NCBI GenBank assembly: GCA_965249275.1
Contig: CBDFLQ010000007.1
Location: forward strand, 288,001 to 352,000
Source: Dehalococcoidia bacterium
GTDB taxonomy: Bacteria; Chloroflexota; Dehalococcoidia; Plut-88900
Direction of reading: 5' to 3'
DNA length: 64,000 bases
Notes under the pieces: generated by a model
Told to the model about the DNA's origin: nothing
What the model saw: only the letters and a program-made list of their open reading frames with translations
The model's database searches: none
Shown: positions 18,715-29,876 of the stretch, piece by piece
Numbering within the stretch: position 1 is the first letter of the stretch
Layout: the number at the start of each line of letters is the position of its first letter
Translations under genes and position numbers: made by a program

Positions 18715-19233
18715 TTACGGCTCTCCTTTAACCTCCGCCTCCGGCTGCTCTGCAGCCTCGGCAGTCGGCTTCTCAGCGCCTCCCGACTCTTCCGCCGTTG
18801 CCGGCTCTGACGCCTCTTCTGCAGGCGGCTCAGCCGCGGGCGCCTCAGCTACGGGGGCTTCTGCAGGTGCCGCGGACTCAGCGGGTTTCGCTGGGGTCAC
18901 CACCGCAACCGGCTTGGGTGGCTCTTGGGCAGCCTTCTGAAACTCCGCCTCATCCACCTTGATTACCATGTGTTTAAGCACTTCCTGGGCAAGAACGAGG
19001 TCCGCCTCCAATTCGGAAGCGTGCTGCGGTTCCAGGGCAAAAGTCGTGAGCAGGTAGTGGGCCTCAGTGTGTCTCTGGAGAGGGTAGGCCAGTCGGCGTC
19101 TTCCCCATCTCTGGACCCGAGCTATCGAGCCGCCCCTGGAGGTGATGAACTCATTGATCTTTTCCGACGTTTTCGGCACATCCTCGTCCGCAATCTGCGG
19201 ATCGACGATGGTTACTATCTCATAGCCTTGCAA
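18715..19233 (-). CDS. rpsF: 30S ribosomal protein S6 with Ala/Pro/Glu tail
   Basis: YEIVTIVDP, WGRRRLAYP; rpsF-ssb-rpsR order. Confidence 0.95.
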   Translation of the reverse strand: MQGYEIVTIVDPQIADEDVPKTSEKINEFITSRGGSIARVQRWGRRRLAYPLQRHTEAHYLLTTFALEPQHASELEADLVLAQEVLKHMVIKVDEAEFQKAAQEPPKPVAVVTPAKPAESAAPAEAPVAEAPAAEPPAEEASEPATAEESGGAEKPTAEAAEQPEAEVKGEP

Positions 19234-19314
19234 GGGCGAACTCCCACTACTATAAAATCTGGTTTTTGGCCGAAAGGCATTATAGCATAGGCCCCACAGC
19301 CCCTAGTCCCGCGC

Positions 19315-20559
19315 CTAGTAGTCAATCCCCGGCACCGGGAACCGAGACGTCAACTCTCCAACGGCGTCCGTGACCTCTGCCTTTACCCTCTCGTCGTCTA
19401 TGTTTGTAACCACCCGATACATCAGCCGAGCGATTTCGGCCATTTCGTTGGGTCCGAAACCTCTGCTGGTCACCGCCGGAGTCCCGACCCGCAACCCGCT
19501 CGTGATCCGGGGCGGACGTGGATCGTTGGGTATCGCGTTCTTGTTGGCCGTGATGTTCACGGCGTCCAACGCTTCTTCGGCCTCTTTCCCAGTGAGCCCC
19601 AACGCCGACACGTCCACCAGCATCAAGTGCGTGTCCGTTCCCCCCGACACAATTCTGAACCCCAACTCTTGAAGCTGGTTCGCCAGAATTCGGGCATTGT
19701 CCACCACGGACTGCTGATACTGCTTGAACTCGGGCCTCAGGGCCTCCCCGAAGGCCACCGCCTTGGCCGCAATTGCGTGCATGAACGGGCCGCCCTGCAT
19801 TCGGGGAAATACCCCCTTGTCTATGGAACTCGCCAGGTCCTTGTTGCACATGATCATCGCCCCACGCGGGCCCCGCAGGGTCTTGTGGGTGGTCGTAGTG
19901 ACTACCTGGGCATGAGGTACGCACGAAGGGTGCACACCAGCAGCCACCAGCCCTGCGATGTGGGCCATGTCTACCATCAGCAGCGCCCCGACTTCGTCGG
20001 CTATCTGACGAAAACGTGCAAAGTCAATTATCCGCGGGTATGCCGTGGCCCCAGTCACAATGATTTTGGGCCGGTGCTCCCGTGCCAGCCTGTCCACCTC
20101 GTCGTAGTCAATTAGCTCGGTATCGGGATCGAGACCATAGGAGACGAAGTTGTAATAGCGTCCGGAGAAGTTTACGGGGCTTCCGTGAGTTAGGTGTCCC
20201 CCTTGGTCCAGACGCAGTCCCATGACCGTGTCCCCCGGCTCGAGAAGGGAGAAATAGACGCCCATGTTGGCCTGGGCCCCTGCATGGGGCTGGACATTGA
20301 CGTGCTCGGCCCCGAATAGCTCCTTGGCCCTTTCGATGGCGAGGGTCTCGGCCTGGTCCACGAACTCACAGCCACCGTAGTACCTTTTGCCAGGATAGCC
20401 CTCGGCATACTTGTTGGTCAGGATGGAGCCCTGGGCTTCCATTACCGCCCGGCTCGCGTAGTTCTCCGAGGCGATCAGCACGATCTTTCGCTTCTGCCTC
20501 TCCGCCTCCGCATCTATTATTCGCTTAATCTCGGCGTCTTGTTCCAATAGAGTAGTCAT
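19315..20559 (-). CDS. glyA: serine hydroxymethyltransferase
   Basis: [33 protein letters not shown]. Confidence 0.98.
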   Translation of the reverse strand: MTTLLEQDAEIKRIIDAEAERQKRKIVLIASENYASRAVMEAQGSILTNKYAEGYPGKRYYGGCEFVDQAETLAIERAKELFGAEHVNVQPHAGAQANMGVYFSLLEPGDTVMGLRLDQGGHLTHGSPVNFSGRYYNFVSYGLDPDTELIDYDEVDRLAREHRPKIIVTGATAYPRIIDFARFRQIADEVGALLMVDMAHIAGLVAAGVHPSCVPHAQVVTTTTHKTLRGPRGAMIMCNKDLASSIDKGVFPRMQGGPFMHAIAAKAVAFGEALRPEFKQYQQSVVDNARILANQLQELGFRIVSGGTDTHLMLVDVSALGLTGKEAEEALDAVNITANKNAIPNDPRPPRITSGLRVGTPAVTSRGFGPNEMAEIARLMYRVVTNIDDERVKAEVTDAVGELTSRFPVPGIDY

Positions 20560-20697
20560 GTCGCCTCTGTTCTAGGGCTTGCAGCAAGTGGCCGCTCCCA
20601 TGAAATAAGGCACTTCCTGAAGAGAGTGCCTGCCTGAATCGGGAGCTATGGCCCGGCCCACGCCGCAGGGCCCGTGGTCTCTTTTCCTTGGCTAAAA

Positions 20698-20727
20698 ATT
20701 CTATCTCACGCTAGTTAGGAGAGTCAA
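20698..20727 (-). promoter_or_regulatory. glyA promoter
   Basis: TTGACT-N18-TAGAAT, implying a leader of about 130 nt. Confidence 0.55.
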
Positions 20728-20754
20728 TGAAAATGACTGTCCTACCCTCACTCC

Positions 20755-20825
20755 GTAGGGGCTGCCGGCCGGTCACCCTCCCAGGCTCCCTATGTAGGGG
20801 CTACCGGCCGGTAGCCCTCCCAGGC
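20755..20825. repeat. tandem pair of GTAG-type REP-like palindromes
   Basis: GTAGGGGCT(G/A)CCGGCCGGT(CA/AG)CCCTCCCAGGC at 20755 and 20794. Confidence 0.75.
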
Positions 20826-21893
20826 CGCATCAATAAGCGCCAGCATCCCCCCCGACACCAGAGAATGCCCCCCCAAAACCACCGGAATCGCCGCCTCCCT
20901 TGCCCCGAGCGTGAACTCCCGCAGCCACGGGTCAGCCACCGACTCTGCTTCCAACATGTCCGAATAAAACCTGTCGGAGGCCGAGAAGCTCTTTCCTGCG
21001 TGATTGAATATCACCCTCGTATCAAGAAACGCCGTATCCCCCATTTCTGATAGCTTGTCGAAAAAACCACTCACACCTGACGAGTCAAGCAAATAGCCCA
21101 GCATCGACTTTCCACCCCACCCGTCGGACCGCATCCCTCTCCCCTCCGACACCACCCGGCACCGGCACGCCGTGTCCGTCTCCAGCCTCGACCACACGAA
21201 GCTCCCCACCCGACCCGCCACCGTGACTCGTGCCTCCTTGTCCGTGAAACAGGCTATCGCCCTCTTGAGTTGCCTTGTTTGCAATTCAGTGGCAACTAGG
21301 GCCCGTCTCAAATTTTCTGGCAATCGAGGGTATAGTGACAGCACGGCCAAGTCGGTTGGCGTGTCCACGTCCATGAGCGTCTCGATGCCCTTGTCCAGGG
21401 CCACGGCATCGAGACCCGCGTGGTCCCTCAGTAAACGCGGCAGGGGATTGTCGATTTCCGGCAAGAGTATCCTGTCCAGGGCATCCACAGGTGTAAACGC
21501 CGTCATGTCCCCCGAATACAGGTTGTTGGATATCACGATATCCGAGCCTTCCACGAGCCGCTTCGCCACCTCCCCGAACAGCGACTCTGACGCCAAGGGC
21601 ATCGACCCACCCCCGAGGCAGCAGGCCCGGTCCGCGCCCTGCTTCCGCAGCACGTCTCTCAAACACCGCCCGAAATGGAACGGCTCCGGCGACCTCTCAA
21701 CTTCCACATTTGGAAGCTTTATGTCGAGCAGCTCGGGCTCATTCGTGACTAGAACGTGCCTGTCGAATCCCCCACACCCCACCGCCTTCCTCAGGTTCTC
21801 AACCGCTATCGCCCTCTGCGCCGAGGCCAGCGCCCGCTCCGGAGCGCTCTCTCCCCACCCCCCAACAAACGTCACGAAAACCGAGTTTCCCAT
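20790..21893 (-). CDS. hypothetical protein with GT-A/nucleotidyltransferase-like (CofC/MobA-like) N-terminal half
   Basis: DVDTPTDL motif; long clean ORF 11 nt downstream of comF. Confidence 0.55.
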   Translation of the reverse strand: MGNSVFVTFVGGWGESAPERALASAQRAIAVENLRKAVGCGGFDRHVLVTNEPELLDIKLPNVEVERSPEPFHFGRCLRDVLRKQGADRACCLGGGSMPLASESLFGEVAKRLVEGSDIVISNNLYSGDMTAFTPVDALDRILLPEIDNPLPRLLRDHAGLDAVALDKGIETLMDVDTPTDLAVLSLYPRLPENLRRALVATELQTRQLKRAIACFTDKEARVTVAGRVGSFVWSRLETDTACRCRVVSEGRGMRSDGWGGKSMLGYLLDSSGVSGFFDKLSEMGDTAFLDTRVIFNHAGKSFSASDRFYSDMLEAESVADPWLREFTLGAREAAIPVVLGGHSLVSGGMLALIDAAWEGYRPVAPT

Positions 21894-21904
21894 CTCCGCC
21901 TTTC

Positions 21905-22612
21905 TTACAGCTCCCTCGCCACCGTAACACCCCACACCTCCGTTGCACCGGCCCTTTTCAGCGCGGCCGCACAGGCCCGAAGCGTTGCCCCCGTGGTGGT
22001 GACGTCATCGATCACTGCGATCTTCCGGCCCTCGAGACCGCCCGGCTCGCACTGGAACGCCCGAGCCACGTTCGCCCGCCTTTCGTCGGCTGTCGAGGCC
22101 CGTGCCTGGGGCCCGGCATATGTGACTCGCCTCAGCCGTCGCTCATCCACATCTACTCCCAACGCCTCTCCCAAATGCTTAGCGATTATCTGGGCTTGAT
22201 TGTAGCCCCGCTTCCGCAGCCTCCGCTTGTGGAGTGGGACCGGAGCCAACAAATCAAACTCCAACCCATCCTGGCTCACCATGTCCGCAACGTATCCCGA
22301 TAACGTGCCCGCAACCGACCGCAGATTGGCATATTTGAGCGCCAGTACCGCCTCCCTTACCGGGCTCTCGAACTCAAACGCCGACCTCATCCCGTCCAGC
22401 GGCCACACGCGCGTCGCCTCAGCGATGCAGAGACACGGGTTCGGGCCAGGATTCCCGCACCTGTGGCACCGCGGCGCCCTGATGGTCGGCAACTTCGATT
22501 CGCATTCCGCACATATAAACGCCCCCGACCTGTCGCACGCCACACAGCGTCGCGGGAATACCAAGTCCAGGAACGAGTCCTTAGCGTCTGAGATTACGTT
22601 CGAAAGGCTGAT
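21905..22612 (-). CDS. comF: ComF family protein (inferred ATC start)
   Basis: double zinc ribbon CxxC, PVPLH, RGYNQA, VIDDVTTTGATL. Confidence 0.9.
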   Translation of the reverse strand: MSLSNVISDAKDSFLDLVFPRRCVACDRSGAFICAECESKLPTIRAPRCHRCGNPGPNPCLCIAEATRVWPLDGMRSAFEFESPVREAVLALKYANLRSVAGTLSGYVADMVSQDGLEFDLLAPVPLHKRRLRKRGYNQAQIIAKHLGEALGVDVDERRLRRVTYAGPQARASTADERRANVARAFQCEPGGLEGRKIAVIDDVTTTGATLRACAAALKRAGATEVWGVTVAREL

Positions 22613-22734
22613 GTGCTACCTCAACTGGTAAACGTTGAACCAAATTGGCTTGAAGCTCAATTATAGCCACCGTTGTATACTCCCCATTACATTTTCTGCC
22701 ATCGTCCCCCCCACAGGAGGCACGCGAGTCCCCA

Positions 22735-23445
22735 ATGTTCAAGGCCGTCTTCTTCGACCTCTACAACACCCTCGCCAAGTTTGACCCCGCCCGAGAAGAG
22801 CTCCAGCAGCAGGTCTGCGCAGAATACGGTATCCAGATCACCCAGGACGGCATCATCAAGGGCTACGCTACCGCCGACGACTTCATGGCGCGGGAGAATG
22901 GCAAGCATCACCTCGCCAAGCGCACCGAGGAAGCACGCAAGGAATTCTTCGCCGAATACGAACGTCTAATCCTCCTCGGCGCGGGCATCGACGTTCCTGC
23001 TCCCCTTGCCGGCGACATCTTTCAGAAAATCCAGACAATCCCCTACCACCTCGCCCTTTATGACGACGCCCTCCCCTGCATTCAAGCCCTCAAGTCGCGG
23101 GGAGCGATAGTTGGCATGATCACCAACATATATGCTGACCTGCACCGCACCTGCGCCCGACTCGGCCTGACGGACTGCCTCGATTTCTGGGTCACGTCCA
23201 AAGAGGCCGGCTCCGAAAAGCCCCACCCTGCAATCTTCGAAATGGCCCTCTCCAAGGCCGGCGTCCCCGCTCCCCAGGCCGTACACGTCGGTGACCAGTA
23301 CTACTCGGATGTCACCGGGGCACGGGGCGTGGGCATTACGCCTGTCCTCATTGATAGGGCTGGACTGTCCAGCAACATGGACTGCACCGTGGTCCAAGGG
23401 CTGTGCGAGGTTCCCGACCTGCTTCTGTCCACTCCCACTTCCTAG
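22735..23445 (+). CDS. HAD-superfamily hydrolase
   Basis: FFDLYNTL, ITN, KPHP, HVGDQYYSD. Confidence 0.9.
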   Translation: MFKAVFFDLYNTLAKFDPAREELQQQVCAEYGIQITQDGIIKGYATADDFMARENGKHHLAKRTEEARKEFFAEYERLILLGAGIDVPAPLAGDIFQKIQTIPYHLALYDDALPCIQALKSRGAIVGMITNIYADLHRTCARLGLTDCLDFWVTSKEAGSEKPHPAIFEMALSKAGVPAPQAVHVGDQYYSDVTGARGVGITPVLIDRAGLSSNMDCTVVQGLCEVPDLLLSTPTS

Positions 23446-23560
23446 AGCCTTGCGCCTCGTCCTCTCCTGACCTACAGTATTGTCAGGAGTAAGGCCCGGA
23501 CATCGGCTTCCCTCCGGTCTCTATCTAAGATTGCTGACGAGCCGGGCCGGATGGGCAGTT

Positions 23561-24958
23561 ATGGGCGGCCAAGGCCGGTTAGTAGTAGTCTCCAACAGGG
23601 CCCCTTCCGTATCGACGCCCTCCACCACGGAAGAGCGGCGAAACCTCCCCGTCGGTGGGCTGGTCAGCGCCCTCCGTCCTGCCCTCGAAAGCCGAGACGG
23701 CCTCTGGATGGGCTGGAGCGGGGAGACCGAGGTCGCAAATAGCGATGCCCGACTCTCAATCTCGGAAGTAGAGGGCATCAGCCTCGCCTCCTTATCCCTT
23801 TCCCGGGATGAAGTCGAGCACTTCTACGACATCTTCTCGAACCAAACCCTCTGGCCTCTCCTCCACTCCTTCCCCGGCAAGGCAACCATCCGCCACGACA
23901 GCTACCAAGTCTACCGCAGCGTTAACCGCAAATACGCCGCCGCCCTAATCGACCTCCTGAAGCCCGGCGACCTGGTCTGGGTCCACGACTACCACCTTTT
24001 CCCCCTGGGCCGAGAACTTAGGAAGCTCGGATGGACGGGTAAAATCGGCTTCTTCCTCCACAGCCCCTTTCCACCGTCTGAAATCTTCGGCATCCTCCCC
24101 TGGGCCCGAAAGCTCCTCACCCGCCTCTTCGACTACGACATCGTCGGCCTGCAGACCCGTAAGTATGCCCACAACCTTCAGGAGTCGATGGGCGACGAGA
24201 TCAGAGCAGTGCTAATCGGAGATACCCTTCACTATCGGGACCGTACCCTCAAAGTCCGCTCCTACCCCGTCAGCACCGACGTAGAATCCTTCCGCTCAAT
24301 GGCCCTGAACAAAGACCCAAGCCCCGTCGTGGAATTCCTCGAAGACTACTCAAAGGACAGGAAAATCCTTCTTGGAGTCGACCGTCTTGACTACACCAAA
24401 GGAATCGCCCTGCGGATGCAGGCCATGGAACGTCTGCTGGACACCCACCCCAAACTTCGTGGGAAAGTCACTCTAATCCAGATTTCGGCGCCCAGCCGAG
24501 TCAACGTCCCTGAATACGCCCAGGAACGCGCCCAACTCGACTCCCTTGTCGGCCAAATCAACGGCAAGTTCGGAGAGGCCCACTGGATGCCCATTCACCC
24601 CCTCCACCGTTCCTATTCGCAGCAAGACTTGGCCCACTTCTACCGGGAAGCCGACGCCTGTCTCGTCACCCCTCTTCGAGATGGGATGAACCTGGTGGCC
24701 AAGGAGTTTGTCGCCTCCCAGACATCCGACCCCGGAGTCCTCGTCCTCTCCCGCTTCTGCGGCGCCGCAGAAACGATGCAGGACGCCTTGATGGTCAATC
24801 CCTACGACGTTCAGCGCACTTCAGCCATGATTCACCGCTCCCTGACTATGAAAAAGGAAGAACGTCAGCGCCGCTGGCAAGCTCTTTTCCAGGGCATAAG
24901 CAGGCACACCGCCGAAGACTGGTGCTACGGTTTCCTCTCCGACCTCGGAGACGAATAG
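23561..24958 (+). CDS. otsA: trehalose-6-phosphate synthase
   Basis: [42 protein letters not shown]; start uncertain (23480-23561). Confidence 0.93.
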   Translation: MGGQGRLVVVSNRAPSVSTPSTTEERRNLPVGGLVSALRPALESRDGLWMGWSGETEVANSDARLSISEVEGISLASLSLSRDEVEHFYDIFSNQTLWPLLHSFPGKATIRHDSYQVYRSVNRKYAAALIDLLKPGDLVWVHDYHLFPLGRELRKLGWTGKIGFFLHSPFPPSEIFGILPWARKLLTRLFDYDIVGLQTRKYAHNLQESMGDEIRAVLIGDTLHYRDRTLKVRSYPVSTDVESFRSMALNKDPSPVVEFLEDYSKDRKILLGVDRLDYTKGIALRMQAMERLLDTHPKLRGKVTLIQISAPSRVNVPEYAQERAQLDSLVGQINGKFGEAHWMPIHPLHRSYSQQDLAHFYREADACLVTPLRDGMNLVAKEFVASQTSDPGVLVLSRFCGAAETMQDALMVNPYDVQRTSAMIHRSLTMKKEERQRRWQALFQGISRHTAEDWCYGFLSDLGDE

Positions 24959-25746
24959 GCCATCCAGCGCAGGAACTCTTCCACTTCCCCTTGCCCCTCC
25001 AGCCGGTAGTCGGCCTTTTGCAACACTGCTTTCGGCGTCTCATCGTCCACCACGGCCACCGCTAGCCCCCTGAAGTCCCTCCCCAGACCTGCATCGTGCA
25101 CCGCATCAAAAGCGTCACAATCCGTAACGTCGTCCCCGAGGACTATCGCCCCCGTCAGCCCAAACTCTCGCACCAACCGACCCACTGCCGTTCCCTTGTT
25201 CACCTCTGCTGTTGGCCCCACCTCCACCACCATCTTCCCCTCTTTGATCGCCATATCACGGGTTTCAGCTAAAGCGTGCATCAGTTTCAGCACCGAGAGC
25301 CGTGCGTTCTCAGGGTCAGGAGCGTTGCGGTAGTGCACAGCCACGTTCACTCCCTTATCCTCCACGTATAACCCCCTGGTCCCGAGCCCCTCAACCTCCC
25401 TCTGCACCTCCCCCAAGAGTCCCTTGTCCAACTCTCCATTCGCCTCCGGTTCCAGTCTCCCCACCCCCCACACCTCCATCCCGTGATTCCCTAGGTAAGT
25501 GATTCCTCCCAGCCCCACCACCCCCCGCAGGAACCCCACCCCCCTCCCCGACACCACCGCCACCAAATCCAACTTCCCCGCCAATACCGCTAATAGGGCC
25601 CTGATGTTCGATTCAAGCATCGTATCCCGGGGATCATCGAAAATTGGCGTAAGCGTCCCATCAAAATCACTGAACACCCCGACCCTCTCGGCGCTCAAGA
25701 TGTGAGACAGCTCGTCCAGATGGTCCAAGGCACGCGGCGGACACAT
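24925..25746 (-). CDS. otsB: trehalose-6-phosphate phosphatase
   Basis: DFDGTL, VVSGR, GNHGME, EDKG...HYR, NKG, GDDVTD. Confidence 0.92.
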   Translation of the reverse strand: MCPPRALDHLDELSHILSAERVGVFSDFDGTLTPIFDDPRDTMLESNIRALLAVLAGKLDLVAVVSGRGVGFLRGVVGLGGITYLGNHGMEVWGVGRLEPEANGELDKGLLGEVQREVEGLGTRGLYVEDKGVNVAVHYRNAPDPENARLSVLKLMHALAETRDMAIKEGKMVVEVGPTAEVNKGTAVGRLVREFGLTGAIVLGDDVTDCDAFDAVHDAGLGRDFRGLAVAVVDDETPKAVLQKADYRLEGQGEVEEFLRWMAYSSPRSERKP

Positions 25747-25824
25747 ACCCTCTTCGTCACGCCCTTCCCTATTCAAGAGACTTTTCCGCAACCCTGATTT
25801 CGAGTGGCGGATGGGTGGACAAGT

Positions 25825-26060
25825 CCCCTCTTCCTTGATGGGAGAGGGCTAGGGTGAGGGTGTTCCGGACTCCGCAGAGTAGTTACGCAAAAGCCCCTTG
25901 ATTGCCCGAATGTCCCCTTTTTGAGGATTGTAAATGCTGCAAGTGGAACATCCGCCTTTGGAGGATGCGCCTTTAGCGTGCGCCAAGCTGAAAGCCCGCC
26001 GAGGCGGGGCGTGACCCCTGCATACCCGTCATTCCTGTGAAAACGGGAATCCAGGGCTGG
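25825..26060. repeat. intergenic REP-like palindrome mosaic
   Basis: CCCCTCT...GGGAGAGGGCTAGGGTGAGGG and GTCATTCCTGTGAAAACGGGAATCC elements. Confidence 0.6.
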
Positions 26061-26165
26061 CAATTCACCATTGATTAGTATGACTGAAATGCTCAATACG
26101 GCCCTGTTCCAGGTGTCATGCAAATGTCTTTCGCCGAGGAGAGCGAAGGTGATCCCAACACATAT

Positions 26166-29100
26166 TCAACGCTGAGCCACCACAGCCTCGCGCCTTCCTC
26201 CATGAGCTTGCACTTCACCCTCCGGCACATCTATCTGCTCTACAACCTTCTCCAGCATCCGCTGCCACCCCTTCATCGTCATGTCCATGTCAATCCTCAC
26301 CTGCCTGCTCCCGACCCTCACCCGCCTCCCCACCCCCTGCATCCCCCGTCCGTCGACGCGCGCCTTCGGCCCCAGAAACACGACTACCTGCTTCCCTTCC
26401 CGCGCTATCCTCATTATCCCACGCTGAGACGCCATGAGCTTCAGCTTGAGCAGATACAAAAGGTTCTCTACCTCCGTGGGCCGGGCCCCGAACCTGTCCT
26501 GCATCTCCCCCGCAAGGTCGTCTACACCTGTTGTCTCCCTCATTCTGGCCAATCTCTGGTACAGGGCGAGTCTCACCTCCAGGCCCGGGACGTAGTCCTC
26601 AGGCAGATAGGCTGGGACCGGAATGTCCACGGACGTCGCGTTGTCCAGGGGCAGCACAAGGTTCGTGGCCCCGTTCGCGTCCATGCCCGCAAACCCGAGC
26701 TCCTTCAGTTCTTCTATTGCCCTGGCAAGCATCGCGCAGTACAGGTCGAACCCAACCGCTGCGATATGGCCGCTCTGCTCGACTCCCAGCAGGTTCCCCG
26801 CCCCCCTGATCTCCAGGTCCTTCATAGCAATCCTGAATCCTGCCCCAAGCTCCGTGGCCGCCTGGATCGCTTTCAACCGCTTCTCCGCCACCTCGCTCAT
26901 CGCCCTGTACCGCTCGAAGAAGAAATAGGCGTAGGCCCGGTCCGCCCCCCTTCCCACCCGTCCCCGCAGCTGGTATAGCTGAGACAACCCCATCCTCTCC
27001 GCCTGGTGCACGATAATCGTGTTCACGTTGGGCATGTCTAGCCCCGACTCGATGATCGTTGTGCAGACCAGGACGTCGTAGTCCTTAGCCGCGAAGTCGA
27101 GCATCACCTTTTCCAGCTGTCTCTCGTGCATCTGTCCGTGTCCCACGGCCACCCGCGCCTCCGGCACGAGCTTGCGCAGCCTCTGGGCCAGCGCCTCGAT
27201 GCTCTGCACCCGGTTGTGCACGAAGAATATCTGCCCGCCCCGATCGATCTCCCTGATCACCGCTTCCCGCACGACTTCGTCGTCGTATTCCTGCACATAG
27301 GTCCTGATTGGCAGCCGCTCCTCGGGGGGAGTCTCCATCGTGCTCATGTCCCGCACCCCGACCAACGACATATGCAGAGTGCGAGGTATCGGCGTCGCGC
27401 TCAGCGTTAGCACGTCCACCTCTTCCCTCATCTTCTTCAGTTTCTCCTTGTGCGCCACCCCAAACCGCTGCTCCTCGTCGATGACCACCAGCCCCAAGTC
27501 CTTGAATTCAACATCCTTCTGCAGCAGCCTGTGAGTCCCGATACACACATCCACCGTCCCCTCTTCCAACCTCGCCAGAACCGACTTCTGTTCTTTCACC
27601 GACCGGAACCGGCTCAGTACCTCTATCTCCACCGGAAAGGCCTTTAGCCTCTGCCGAAAAGTCTGGAGGTGCTGCTGTGCCAGCACGGTAGTAGGCACCA
27701 GCACCGCGACCTGCCTCCCGTCCAGCACCGCCTTGAACGCCGCCCTAATCGCCACCTCCGTCTTGCCATAGCCCACGTCACCACAGACTAGTCTGTCCAT
27801 GGGTCTCGGCTGCTCCATGTCCCGCTTTACGTCCCGGATCGTATCCATCTGGTCCAGGGTCTCGACATACGGGAACGAGGCCTCCATCTCCTGCAGCCAA
27901 GAGTTGTCCTGTGAATATGCGAACCCCTTCTTCATCTCCCGCTTGGCGTACAGGGACAACAGTTCTCGGGCTATCTTCTCCGCAGACTCCTTGACCTTCC
28001 TCTTCGCCCGACCCCACTCCTGCGTCCCGAGCCGGCTCATCGCCGGAGGCCCTTCCCCCGACCCTATGTAAGGCGTCACCCGGTCCACGCTGTCGTTCGG
28101 CACGTAGAGCCGGGCGCTGTCTGCATATTCGATTGTCAGGTATTCCCGCTCCCCCTCGTCCCGCCTCATCGTCGTGACCCCCACGAACCTCCCTATCCCA
28201 TGGTCGATGTGAACCACGTAGTCCCCAACCGCGATGTCCGAAGCAAAAGCCTCCTTCCGCAAAGGCCTCCGCCTCGACGCTCGTCTCTGCTTCACATACC
28301 CGAATATCTCCTTGTCCGTGAAGAGGACCAGCGGTTGTTTCTTGCTCCCCCCCTTCAGCGTCCATCCCTCTGCCAGGGCCCCCTGCACTAGCTTCGGCGT
28401 GCCGGGAACGGGAGGCTCGGAGATTGCTGTGGTTACAGGTACGAAGATGTCCAACTCTGCGAGAAGTTCTGACAGCCTTTCGGCCTGGTGACTAACTATC
28501 GTTACCCGGTGCCCTTCTTCCAGCATTCCCCTTAGGTCTCGAAGGAAATATCTCAGATGCCCCCCGAAGTTAGGCGTTGGCGCGAACCCCATCATCTCCG
28601 CCCCCGACTCCCCGGCCCGCTCCCAACCCTCCAGCCGAGCTACCCGGCCGGCCCCTTCCAGCGATTCAAGTATCTCGCTCCATTCAGGATAAGCGGGGGG
28701 TACGGTAGGAGGCAGTTCCTCTTTCTCGACCCGCGAGGATCGGACCTCCTCCGCCTGCTCCATCAATTCCGTGTATGCGTTCTCCAGCGAGACCCCGCCG
28801 TCCAGCAGAACAACCGCATTTTTAGGGAGATATTCCAGGAAGCTGCCCTTCAGGAACAGCTGCGCGTATGCTTCTCTACCCTCCACCCCCACCCCCAACG
28901 CGAAGCCCTCCAACTCCTCCTTGAACCTCGCCGCCACCTCTGCTGGACACCCTGACAGGTCTATCGATGCCCCCACCTCTTCAACCGTCGGCCCCGACTC
29001 ACCACCGTACAACGACTCCTTCGCAGGCCCGATCCGCACGGAGTTCAGGTTCTCCACCGAGGCTTGCGTTCCCGGATCAAATCCGCGCAGGCTTTCAACC

Positions 29101-29726
29101 TCATCCCCAAAGAAGTCCAGGCGTATCGGCCGGTCCTCCGTCGGGGGATACACGTCGATTATGCCGCCGCGACGAGTGTAAGTCCCAGGCACTTCAACCG
29201 CGGCGTCGTGCTCGTACCCCGCGGCCATCAGCCGCTCAATCAGATCCCGCGGGGCTATGCGTCCACCCGCCCGCACCTTAAATCCCAATTCCGCGTAGCG
29301 TTGTGGTGACAGGGTTTTCAATGCCAGTGCAGGGACACTGGTCACTATCACAGGCGCGGTGCTGCGCGTGCCCTTGAGCAGCAAGTCAAGCACCCGGATA
29401 CGATCCAGCGCGATGGACGGGTCCCACCCCCGACCCTCGTACGGCAACGTGTCGGGTTCCGGAAACAGATGGACGTTTTCAGGGGTAGACGACCAGAGGG
29501 AGACCTGTTCGTAGAGAGCGGTTGCACTGGCGTCCCGGGGCGTTACCACCACTATGGGCCGACCCAGCTTACTTCTTAGCGCTGCAACCAGGCACGGCTT
29601 GGCCGAGTCCAGCGCCACCCCCGACCACACCACCCCGGGTACTTTCGCCTTGGACGCGACTGACTTGCCGAGGCCCGCAAAAGAGGGGTCCCGGGTCAAC
29701 TGGTCGATCAGGCCCGTTAGGTCCAT
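26166..29726 (-). CDS. mfd: transcription-repair coupling factor
   Basis: UvrB-like N-terminus, [40 protein letters not shown]-terminus. Confidence 0.97.
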   Translation of the reverse strand: MDLTGLIDQLTRDPSFAGLGKSVASKAKVPGVVWSGVALDSAKPCLVAALRSKLGRPIVVVTPRDASATALYEQVSLWSSTPENVHLFPEPDTLPYEGRGWDPSIALDRIRVLDLLLKGTRSTAPVIVTSVPALALKTLSPQRYAELGFKVRAGGRIAPRDLIERLMAAGYEHDAAVEVPGTYTRRGGIIDVYPPTEDRPIRLDFFGDEVESLRGFDPGTQASVENLNSVRIGPAKESLYGGESGPTVEEVGASIDLSGCPAEVAARFKEELEGFALGVGVEGREAYAQLFLKGSFLEYLPKNAVVLLDGGVSLENAYTELMEQAEEVRSSRVEKEELPPTVPPAYPEWSEILESLEGAGRVARLEGWERAGESGAEMMGFAPTPNFGGHLRYFLRDLRGMLEEGHRVTIVSHQAERLSELLAELDIFVPVTTAISEPPVPGTPKLVQGALAEGWTLKGGSKKQPLVLFTDKEIFGYVKQRRASRRRPLRKEAFASDIAVGDYVVHIDHGIGRFVGVTTMRRDEGEREYLTIEYADSARLYVPNDSVDRVTPYIGSGEGPPAMSRLGTQEWGRAKRKVKESAEKIARELLSLYAKREMKKGFAYSQDNSWLQEMEASFPYVETLDQMDTIRDVKRDMEQPRPMDRLVCGDVGYGKTEVAIRAAFKAVLDGRQVAVLVPTTVLAQQHLQTFRQRLKAFPVEIEVLSRFRSVKEQKSVLARLEEGTVDVCIGTHRLLQKDVEFKDLGLVVIDEEQRFGVAHKEKLKKMREEVDVLTLSATPIPRTLHMSLVGVRDMSTMETPPEERLPIRTYVQEYDDEVVREAVIREIDRGGQIFFVHNRVQSIEALAQRLRKLVPEARVAVGHGQMHERQLEKVMLDFAAKDYDVLVCTTIIESGLDMPNVNTIIVHQAERMGLSQLYQLRGRVGRGADRAYAYFFFERYRAMSEVAEKRLKAIQAATELGAGFRIAMKDLEIRGAGNLLGVEQSGHIAAVGFDLYCAMLARAIEELKELGFAGMDANGATNLVLPLDNATSVDIPVPAYLPEDYVPGLEVRLALYQRLARMRETTGVDDLAGEMQDRFGARPTEVENLLYLLKLKLMASQRGIMRIAREGKQVVVFLGPKARVDGRGMQGVGRRVRVGSRQVRIDMDMTMKGWQRMLEKVVEQIDVPEGEVQAHGGRREAVVAQR

Positions 29727-29876
29727 ACGATGGGAGTCCAAAAGCCGCGCAAAGGATTCTAACAAATGTGCGCAAGAAAGTAAGGAACGTAATGGTCGTG
29801 ATTTCTTTGGGGCAGGCGTACGCCCGGCTATAATGTGTCTGCACGCCGCTTCACAGCACCCTATAGGAGACCATCG

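Noticed and set aside
18715-18950. rpsF Ala/Pro/Glu tail as a novel domain
   Set aside because: Low-complexity acidic tails on S6 are common
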